Shown in pieces: positions 1-7,268 of a stretch of 64,000 bases of DNA (position 1 is its first letter; every line of letters starts with the position of its first letter). The notes under the pieces were generated by a model. The model ran no database searches. It was not told the DNA's origin and saw only the letters and a list, made by a program, of their open reading frames with translations. The stretch is from Escherichia coli (lineage in GTDB: Bacteria; Pseudomonadota; Gammaproteobacteria; Enterobacterales; Enterobacteriaceae). The translations under genes were made by a program, and so were the position numbers. The stretch lies in the NCBI RefSeq assembly GCF_044324875.1, contig NZ_CP172185.1; one strand, given 5' to 3'.

Positions 1-666
1 ACCTGAGTTATCTCTGGTCTTTAAGCGCATCGTGTTATCGCGTTGATGTGTTCACCTGACGGATTTTCCAGTCCGTCAGGGCGGAACGTCCGTCTTTTAT
101 CCGGAGGTTCCGATGTTTATTCCACTTCTGTTTCGCGCAGAGATGCGCCTGACACCTTTCTTTCAGCGACTCAGACAACGTCTGTGTTATCCGGTGAGTC
201 GTGTTCATACACAACATCCCTGGTCTTCTCCACAGTTGCGGCACCTTTACTGCACGCCGTGGTTTGTTAACGCCACCGGCAATCTGGCAGTCCGTGCCTG
301 CATTGTTTCCATTGACGGTTCTTTGCGACACTGCTTTGAGTTCCGTGAAGGCTCTCACAGCCGTGAATACCGTTTCTGGTTTGAGGCGCTTCCTTTGTCG
401 GTACTGCGTTTTAACGCTTTTACCGGTCGAATATCCGATCGCCGTACACTCTCTGCTGCCTCCCGTATGGCCGCGCAGCTTACTTCCTTTCGCTATCGCT
501 TCGGTTTGCGCTGAAGCTGTTTGAGGTCGTTATGACCGTCATTTTCTCTACGAGCAGCGTTGTCTGATCGCGCCATTCAGAACGCGATGACAAAGCTGAT
601 TTTTCCTTAACCCGTCCGGGAGCGCTTCCGTTCGGGGAACGGTCTCTCTGTTTCTGGAGATTGTTT

Positions 667-1053
667 ATGGGACTCGATATTTTTTTCCTTGGGCGTGATC
701 GTGTTTGTGTTACCGACGCAGTGGTATCGGTACCGGAAACGCGGGAAGTGGGGTACTTTCGCAAGGTTAACCCACTGATTGCCTGGTTTGAGAAGCATTG
801 TGGACCGCTTGAAAATGCCGTGGAGCGTCCGGTTTCCAGAACGAAACTGGAGGCACTACTGAGCGATCTTGAATGCCTTACGCCGGAGAACTGCCGGGAA
901 TTCTTCCCCACAACAGAAGGATTCTTTTTTGGCTCTCAGGAGTATGACCAGTATTACTGGAAGGATGTTGAGGACGTGAAGTCGTGGGTCAGACGCACGC
1001 TTGATTCGTTTGATTTTGAACGAAAAATACTGTTGCTCTGGGCATGGTGGTAA
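667..1053 (+). CDS. hypothetical protein (island cargo, ~128 aa)
   Basis: ORF track 661..1053 (alternative start at 661, ATG at 667); no recognisable motif; lies upstream of ardA. Confidence 0.3.
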   Translation: MGLDIFFLGRDRVCVTDAVVSVPETREVGYFRKVNPLIAWFEKHCGPLENAVERPVSRTKLEALLSDLECLTPENCREFFPTTEGFFFGSQEYDQYYWKDVEDVKSWVRRTLDSFDFERKILLLWAWW

Positions 1054-1471
1054 CTATTTCTCAGTCCTTATTTTTAACCATGTGATTATTCGCAGAGGCC
1101 CGACAGCTCTGGCCTGCTTTTATTCCGGAGAATGAGATTATGCAAATAAGTGCAGAAACTCGCGCTGTTTTACGTCACTACAGACAGATCATTAACGCCA
1201 GACGGCGTGAAGATGGCATGAAAGCTCTCAGCACGCCGCAAATCGTTGATGAGATCTGTGAGTTTATGCTCAGCCAGCCAGCAGTGTATCTGGGGGGGCA
1301 GTTCATCATGCAGAAGGCCAGAACAAGATAGCTGTCTTTGTTCATGGCTTTTCAACAGACCGTTATGCTTTCGCCACCACATGGTAAGGCGGGTCTGATT
1401 TTACTGTTAACCGTACGGTTCACTCTCATACCGTACGGTGGGAGTGAACCCTTTTCATTAAGGACACTCTC

Positions 1472-1682
1472 ATGAAAACGAAAACTTCTGCACCTGCTGT
1501 ATATGTTGGTACCTGGGCTAAATACAACAATGGCAGCATAGAAGGATGCTGGTTTAATGATTTAACCGTTTTTGAAACTGAAAGCGATTTTTTATCTGCG
1601 GCCCGTAAGTTTCATCAGGATGAAAAAGATCCTGAATTTATGTACCAGGATTATGAAAACTTTCCTTCGGGAATGGCTTCAG
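1472..1682 (+). pseudogene. ardA: antirestriction protein ArdA, N-terminal fragment interrupted by an IS
   Basis: Translation ...PAVYVGTWAKYNNGSIEGCWFNDL...DPEFMYQDYENFPSGMAS matches the ArdA N-terminus as I remember it; reading frame runs 6 codons into the IS end and stops. Confidence 0.6.
1676..1682. repeat. candidate target-site duplication GCTTCAG (left copy)
   Basis: Identical 7-mer immediately flanks both ends of the IS21-family element (second copy 4322..4328). Confidence 0.45.
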
Positions 1683-1884
1683 TGCAAAATGGCATCTGAA
1701 TCGATCGCAGTTTGGCATTCGAATCGATCATGATTTGGCATCCATCTCCGATCACAGTTTGGCATCACAATCGATCACGATTTGGCATGCTTCCGATCAT
1801 TGATTGGCATCCTGCCAGTCACTCCGGGAATTAACTCTTTTCACCACAGTCTCCATTGCCGTGTTTAAACCAGTGGAGACGTCA

Positions 1885-3450
1885 ATGTCCAGAAAGAGAA
1901 AATCCAGGAGCACTATGGAAACCTGTTTTAAGATCCTTCAGCTCAAGTTCGACAAGAAGCTGACTAACCGTTGTATCGGACTGACGTTACACATCAGCGC
2001 CTCAACCGTTTTTGAGGTTCTTGCCCGCTTCAAAGCCTCTTCTCTGTCATGGCCATTACCTGCTGATATATCCCATGACACGCTGGAGAAACTCATTTTT
2101 CCGCCCAAAGACACCTTTGCATCAGAGCTTGTAATGCCTGACATGTTGTACTTCGATACGGAAATGAGAAAACCAGGTGTGACGCGGCAACTGTTGTGGA
2201 TGGAATACAAGGCACAGGCGGGTAACAAAGCGATGGGATACTCGCACTTCTGCCGTTGCTACCGGGAGTGGAAAAAAACGCGACGTCTCTCCATGCGCCA
2301 GGAGCATCGTGCCGGCGAAAAGCTTTTTATCGACTTCTGTGGTCCTACGGTTCCTGTTATTAATCCGGACACCGGTGAGATACGCCGCGTGGCAATCTTC
2401 GTGGCCGTAATGGGGGCGTCCAACTATACCTACGTTGAAGCGTGCGAAGGTCAGGACATGATGTCATGGTTAAATGCCCACAGCCGTTGCCTGACCTTCC
2501 TGGGCGGCGTACCGAAGCTGCTCATCCCCGATAACCTCAGAAGCGCAGTGAAAAAGGCCGATCGATATGAGCCTGTCATCAACGACAGTTATCAGGCACT
2601 GGCTGAGCACTATGGCACGGTTATCATCCCGGCCCGACCACGCAAACCTAAAGATAAACCAAAAGCAGAAAACGGCGTCCTCATCGTTGAACGATGGCTT
2701 CTTGCCCGCATCCGTAATGAAACCTTCCACACGCTCAGGGCGCTGAATGCGCGCCTTAGGGAGTTACTGACAGACATGAATAACCGGCCAATGAAGGGGT
2801 ACGGCAATCAAACCCGTGCAGAACGCTTCCGCATACTGGATGCGCCAGCACTCTCTCCGCTGCCTCTGGCACCTTATGAATACACGGAATACAAAGCTGT
2901 GAAGGTTGGCCCTGACTACCACGTTGAATATGCCCGTCACTGGTACTCCGTTCCACACGAACTGGTCGGTCAGCGTCTGTCACTGAAGGCGGGGCAGTCG
3001 GTGGTACAGCTCTGGCACAAGGGGCAGTGTGTGGCGCAACATCCGCGCAGCACACATGAATATAAACACACAACCAATCCGCTTCACATGCCAGAGCGCC
3101 ACCGGCAGCACGGGACATGGACACCGGAACGCCTGATCGAGCAGGGAAAACGTACGGGCCCGTCCACAGGCCGGGTGGTTGAATCCATGCTGAAGGCAAA
3201 ACCCCATCCGGAACTGGCTTATCGTGCAGTTCTGGGGCTGCTGGCACTTCAGAAAAAATACGGCCCGGAACGGCTGGAAAAGGCCTGTTACGTTGCCCTG
3301 CACTATAACGCCCCTGACAGACGCTTTATCGACAATCTGCTGCGTCACCATCGGGAGAACCTGGAGCTTCCATTATCCCGCCAGGGCGAACAACATCCGG
3401 CATATGCTTCAGAGCATGAAAACCTGCGTGGTCCGGGCTACTACCACTGA
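1885..3450 (+). CDS. istA: IS21-family transposase IstA
   Basis: ORF track 1804..3450; N-terminal HTH-like region then integrase-fold region; start at ATG 1885 or 1915 is uncertain. Confidence 0.8.
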   Translation: MSRKRKSRSTMETCFKILQLKFDKKLTNRCIGLTLHISASTVFEVLARFKASSLSWPLPADISHDTLEKLIFPPKDTFASELVMPDMLYFDTEMRKPGVTRQLLWMEYKAQAGNKAMGYSHFCRCYREWKKTRRLSMRQEHRAGEKLFIDFCGPTVPVINPDTGEIRRVAIFVAVMGASNYTYVEACEGQDMMSWLNAHSRCLTFLGGVPKLLIPDNLRSAVKKADRYEPVINDSYQALAEHYGTVIIPARPRKPKDKPKAENGVLIVERWLLARIRNETFHTLRALNARLRELLTDMNNRPMKGYGNQTRAERFRILDAPALSPLPLAPYEYTEYKAVKVGPDYHVEYARHWYSVPHELVGQRLSLKAGQSVVQLWHKGQCVAQHPRSTHEYKHTTNPLHMPERHRQHGTWTPERLIEQGKRTGPSTGRVVESMLKAKPHPELAYRAVLGLLALQKKYGPERLEKACYVALHYNAPDRRFIDNLLRHHRENLELPLSRQGEQHPAYASEHENLRGPGYYH

Positions 3451-3466
3451 CAGAAGGAACAACAGT

Positions 3467-4222
3467 ATGAGTGATAACCTGTTAAACAAACTGACCCAAC
3501 TGAAACTCCCGGCGATGGCCGGGAGCCTGATACGGCAGCGGGAAACGCCTCAGACCTACGACGAACTGTCGTTCGAGGAAAGGCTGACGCTGCTGGTTGA
3601 TGACGAGCTTCTGAGCAGGGAAAACAGCCGTGTGGCACGGTTGAGAAAAAATGCCGGCCTGAAATACCAGGCAACACCGGAAGGGCTGCGCTATCCGGCC
3701 TCAAGAGGTCTGCGGGCTGAACAGATGAGAGAACTGCTGAACGGCCACTACATAACCCACAGGAAAAACCTGCTGATAACCGGTCCGACAGGATGTGGCA
3801 AGAGCTGGATAGCCAATGCGCTGGGCGAACAGGCATGTCGACAGAAACACAGCGTCCGGTACTGTAGAACCGGGCGATTACTGGAACAACTGGCTCAGGG
3901 ACGTGTTGATGGCAGCTGGCTGAAATATCTGAAACAGTTGCAAAAAATACAGGTTCTAATCCTGGACGATCTGGGGCTGGAACAGTTAAGTAACGCCCAG
4001 TGTAATGACCTTCTGGAGCTCATAGAGGATCGTTACGGACAAAGCAGCACGATAGTGGTAAGCCAGTTCCCGGTAGATAAATGGCATGGTCTGATGGAGA
4101 ACCCAACAACAGCAGATGCCATCCTGGACAGACTGGTACATAACTCACACCGAGTGGTCCTTCAGGGAGAGTCACTGAGGAAAAATCCCCCGGTAGTGGA
4201 AAGCAGCGAAAAAACGCGTTAA
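3467..4222 (+). CDS. istB: IS21-family helper ATPase IstB
   Basis: Walker A GPTGCGKS and Walker B LILDD motifs; ATG 3467 lies 17 nt after the istA stop; ORF track 3224..4222 is an N-terminally over-extended version. Confidence 0.85.
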   Translation: MSDNLLNKLTQLKLPAMAGSLIRQRETPQTYDELSFEERLTLLVDDELLSRENSRVARLRKNAGLKYQATPEGLRYPASRGLRAEQMRELLNGHYITHRKNLLITGPTGCGKSWIANALGEQACRQKHSVRYCRTGRLLEQLAQGRVDGSWLKYLKQLQKIQVLILDDLGLEQLSNAQCNDLLELIEDRYGQSSTIVVSQFPVDKWHGLMENPTTADAILDRLVHNSHRVVLQGESLRKNPPVVESSEKTR

Positions 4223-4300
4223 AAAGCGGTAGAAAAAGTTAAGTTCCCGGTTGATCGAATGGATGCGAATCGCTGATCGGACTTCGATGCCAATCCGTGA

Positions 4301-4627
4301 TCGAATAGAGCGGAATACGCAGCTTCAGAATATGGTTTCAACTGGGCTTATGTTGAAGGTTATCGTCTTGCCCGTGAAGAAGGCTGTGAAGATGCATGGT
4401 ATGCATGGGTTTCTAATACCGGTGATACCTGTTTCGAACAGTTCAGGGAGGCGTGGCTTGGTGGTCCTTATGACAGTGAACTCGAGTTCGCCGCGCAGTA
4501 CGTGGATGAATGCGGTTTTCTGTCAGAGGTACCTGATACTGTTGCACGCTATTTTGATTATGAGGCTTTTGCGCGCGATTTGTTCATGGAACTGGATTTT
4601 GTCGACGGACACGTTTTCCATCGGTAA
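4301..4627 (+). pseudogene. ardA: ArdA C-terminal fragment (no start codon)
   Basis: Frame without ATG translates ...EYGFNWAYVEGYRLAREEGCEDAWYAWVSNTGD...VARYFDYEAFARDLFMELDFVDGHVFHR*, matching the ArdA C-terminal region as I remember it; joins the 1472..1682 fragment across the IS. Confidence 0.55.
4322..4328. repeat. candidate target-site duplication GCTTCAG (right copy)
   Basis: Same 7-mer as 1676..1682. Confidence 0.45.
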
Positions 4628-4730
4628 CTCACAGCCATGAGGGCGCATATAAGCCGTGTACTGGCGGATGTGATTTCAGCATACATTCTGCTGGTTTTTT
4701 TACCGTTGTTGACAATTTTAATCATCGCGG

Positions 4731-5183
4731 ATGAACAACCTGAACTCTGTTGTTCACCGCCCGGAGGCATCGTTCCTTCGGACGGTGTGCTCTTTCATCA
4801 GAAAGAATCAGACAGGGGGTTTTATGTATTCGCGTTTTATTACTGGTTACTGGCATCTTCAGACGCAGTCCGCTTTGCTGGCACATCTCTGTCAGCTTGA
4901 AGGTGAACTGACGATACTTCGCGCCTGGCAACGTCTCGGAATTACCCCGGTGCCGGAGGATGAAGATGAGCCTTCACCACTTTACTCAATTTTGTGGGAT
5001 GTTGGTGAGGCTCTGGGCTGGTTGCTGTATGACCTGGAGATGGAAAATGTTCCTGCACCGGGAACGATTTTCCACGAGGTATTCGACAGGGTTATATCTC
5101 TGGGGTATGAGACTGAGCCCGGTATCTGGGCTGAAAGTATCAGTACCGGAAAGCGCTACGCTGCAATGCCTGACGAATTTTAA
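4731..5183 (+). CDS. hypothetical protein
   Basis: ORF track; start ambiguous (an internal Met MYSRF... is possible); followed by a hairpin. Confidence 0.3.
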   Translation: MNNLNSVVHRPEASFLRTVCSFIRKNQTGGFMYSRFITGYWHLQTQSALLAHLCQLEGELTILRAWQRLGITPVPEDEDEPSPLYSILWDVGEALGWLLYDLEMENVPAPGTIFHEVFDRVISLGYETEPGIWAESISTGKRYAAMPDEF

Positions 5184-5196
5184 TGTTTTCCACATT

Positions 5197-5220
5197 CCCA
5201 CAGGGACTCATCCCTGTGGG
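5197..5220 (+). other. GC-rich palindrome CCCACAGGGA-N4-TCCCTGTGGG, followed by GGGACGGGTCCC and a T-run
   Basis: Perfect 10-bp inverted repeat read from sequence; possible terminator or RNA element between small ORFs. Confidence 0.5.
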
Positions 5221-5250
5221 ACGGGTCCCGGCTTTTTCAGGAGAAATTTC

Positions 5251-5589
5251 ATGAGACCCGATTTGAATACTTTACCCGGAGATTCCGGCTGCAGCGTCTG
5301 GTTCTATGACGGAATGTCTCAACCGCGTCTGCTGGCGGGCAGTATTGCCGGGTTACTGACGGATGTTACGATCACATCGAATTACCGTGGTGACGTCACA
5401 TCTGAAATTCATGACGTGGTGCAGGAGTGGCTTGCGACCGGCAGGGGTAACCTGGCGGATTTAAAGGAAGAACTCTGGTACTACAACCTCTACATAAATC
5501 CGTCGGCAGACGAACTTATGAATGCCAACAGGCGGTATGGCCTCGGACATACCACCAGGCTGAAAGGCTTTATCAATAACGCGGCGTGA
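5251..5589 (+). CDS. hypothetical protein (~112 aa)
   Basis: ATG 5251 preceded by AGGAG; internal start of ORF track 4960..5589. Confidence 0.35.
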   Translation: MRPDLNTLPGDSGCSVWFYDGMSQPRLLAGSIAGLLTDVTITSNYRGDVTSEIHDVVQEWLATGRGNLADLKEELWYYNLYINPSADELMNANRRYGLGHTTRLKGFINNAA

Positions 5590-5600
5590 CACACCGCCAT

Positions 5601-5626
5601 CCCGTGAGGGCTCAGCTCCTCACGGG
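5601..5626 (+). other. palindrome CCCGTGAGG-N8-CCTCACGGG
   Basis: 9-bp inverted repeat upstream of the RBS of the 5665 ORF; the same motif recurs at 6148..6173. Confidence 0.5.
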
Positions 5627-5664
5627 GCTGTTCCCTCGGTGATTTTCATACAGAGAGGAGCAGA

Positions 5665-6102
5665 ATGATGAACGTTAAGTCTGTGACTGAGGTTGACGAC
5701 GCTGTGGTTGCCCGTGTCAGTGAAGTTCTGGAATTCGCATTTCCGGGGCAGAAATTTGAAGTGCTGAAGGTATGCGATTCCGGCGTTTACAACATGATTA
5801 ATGTGTACTGGCTGGACGGCCCGACACAGGCTGAAGTGCGGTTTATCACCCGTGCGTTTGAAGGCAAAAACGGGCTGAGGTTTGTGCACGAATCCCGCGA
5901 ATTCAGTAATGAATTTGTGCAGGAGTGCATTGACCGGCTTCGCCAGAAGTACGGGCATCGCAACGTTCCGCCAGAGGTGACCGTGGAGCGTTACTGGAAA
6001 AACGATCTGTGGAAGATTAAAACAGATCGTTTCCCGGGCACTATTGAGGTTGCCATCAACGAAATGGGGATGGAAACCAGTAAATACCGGAAGGTTGTAT
6101 AA
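5665..6102 (+). CDS. hypothetical protein (145 aa)
   Basis: ORF track; GAGGAG RBS upstream. Confidence 0.4.
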   Translation: MMNVKSVTEVDDAVVARVSEVLEFAFPGQKFEVLKVCDSGVYNMINVYWLDGPTQAEVRFITRAFEGKNGLRFVHESREFSNEFVQECIDRLRQKYGHRNVPPEVTVERYWKNDLWKIKTDRFPGTIEVAINEMGMETSKYRKVV

Positions 6103-6123
6103 CCGGCTGGACTTTTGACGATG

Positions 6124-6147
6124 GCGGAATGTGACAATTCCGCTTTT
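6124..6147 (+). terminator. candidate intrinsic terminator (GCGGAAT-N6-ATTCCGC + TTTTCC)
   Basis: Stem-loop followed by T-run 20 nt after the stop of the 5665..6102 ORF. Confidence 0.4.
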
Positions 6148-6182
6148 CCCGTGAGGGCATTGTTCCTCACGGGACAATGCCC
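6148..6182 (+). other. two overlapping alternative palindromes (CCCGTGAGG/CCTCACGGG and GGGCATTGT/ACAATGCCC)
   Basis: Read from sequence; the two stems are partly mutually exclusive; sits just upstream of the RBS of the 6210 ORF. Confidence 0.45.
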
Positions 6183-6209
6183 TCTTCATTTACCAGAGGA
6201 GCATTGATT

Positions 6210-7187
6210 ATGGCTGAATGGTGCAGAAATCGTTTTGAAATCACCGGTAAGTCAGTCTGTCTTGACGTACTGATTCAGTGGATTGAAGGGAATGATGCCC
6301 CCCGGTACCGTCATGCGATCCAGCAGAGCATACTGCTGTTTCTTGCAGGCTGTGCGGGGATACTGAAACCGGTAAGAACGGTGTCATATCCGCCTTATCC
6401 CGGGCTGGTCAGTCACGGTGCCGGCTCAACAACTGTAGCCAGTCAGGCGTTTGAACAATGGCTGGGATTACTGACCAGGGATGCCTTCCTTGATCACGAG
6501 ACGGTGAAGACAATAGATCGTCTTTATCATCAGACAGGGACAGGCGCTATCCGGTGGAGTAATCTGCCTGATACGGCGAAGGAGATAATCGGTGGTGTGC
6601 TTGCACAACAATATGCTGACTGGTTTGGCGTGGCGGATGTGTATGAACGCCCTGATAACGCCTTTCTCTGGGAGTCGTTGTTAACATTTGCGGAGTATTC
6701 GCAACCCTGTGATATGCTGCAGGTGATGCCAACACGACTGGCCACGGAGCTGAACGGAAGTGGTGGTTTGCTGAAAGGCACCGGAACGACCCGCAGTTTT
6801 TACTGCCGCCAGTTTGGTATGGAGTACCCACTGGGGCAGAATGTCCGGTGGAAACGAACCGGGCTGAGTACGTTGATACTGGAGTTTGATACCATCTGGT
6901 GTCCGCCTTCAGGTGTACTGGTGGGGGAGATTTCGGCAGTGTTTGACTGTGAGGTCCGTCACTGGTACAGCGAGCCGAAGAACGGAATCAGAGGCTATGA
7001 CTGTTATGATGGTGGTGAACATACGGACAGCAATATGGAAGCCGAATGGCCACACTCTGACGATGAGGGGGAGGTCGCGGAGCATGAGCAGCCACAACTC
7101 TGTCTGATCAGGGACACGCAGCCAGGTGAACGCGTCATGGCATTAGCATCAGTCGAGTCCCCGGGGCCAGTAGTAAAAATAGTGTAA
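6210..7187 (+). CDS. hypothetical protein (~325 aa)
   Basis: ORF track 6177..7187; ATG 6210 (MAEWCRNRF...) preceded by GAGGAG; acidic C-terminal tail. Confidence 0.45.
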   Translation: MAEWCRNRFEITGKSVCLDVLIQWIEGNDAPRYRHAIQQSILLFLAGCAGILKPVRTVSYPPYPGLVSHGAGSTTVASQAFEQWLGLLTRDAFLDHETVKTIDRLYHQTGTGAIRWSNLPDTAKEIIGGVLAQQYADWFGVADVYERPDNAFLWESLLTFAEYSQPCDMLQVMPTRLATELNGSGGLLKGTGTTRSFYCRQFGMEYPLGQNVRWKRTGLSTLILEFDTIWCPPSGVLVGEISAVFDCEVRHWYSEPKNGIRGYDCYDGGEHTDSNMEAEWPHSDDEGEVAEHEQPQLCLIRDTQPGERVMALASVESPGPVVKIV

Positions 7188-7196
7188 TGAAACAAT

Positions 7197-7221
7197 GCGC
7201 CACATTTTGTGGCGCTTTTTT
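7197..7221 (+). terminator. intrinsic terminator (GCGCCAC-TTTT-GTGGCGC + TTTTTT)
   Basis: Perfect 7-bp stem followed by T6, 10 nt after the stop of the 6210..7187 ORF. Confidence 0.6.
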
Positions 7222-7268
7222 AATAAATCAGTGATGGCAGAGTTGTTATTGTAAATAACTCTCCGTGT

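Larger units (their letters stand above)
1683..4321 (+). mobile_element. IS21-family insertion sequence (istA-istB), ~2.6 kb
   Basis: Starts TG, ends CA; both ends carry multiple short repeats (GATTTGGCAT / AGTTTGGCAT at left, inverted ATGCCAATC at right) typical of IS21-family termini; encodes IstA and IstB; splits ardA. Confidence 0.75.

Noticed and set aside
35-524. Overlapping ORFs at the window start (35..358, 43..270, 113..514, 201..524)
   Set aside because: Mutually overlapping in several frames with no RBS or motif support; the region may be a degraded gene or non-coding, and I could not support any single call.
3224-3466. N-terminal extension of istB in ORF track 3224..4222
   Set aside because: It overlaps the 3' end of istA in another frame; the ATG at 3467 with upstream purine-rich sequence fits the usual istA-istB organisation.
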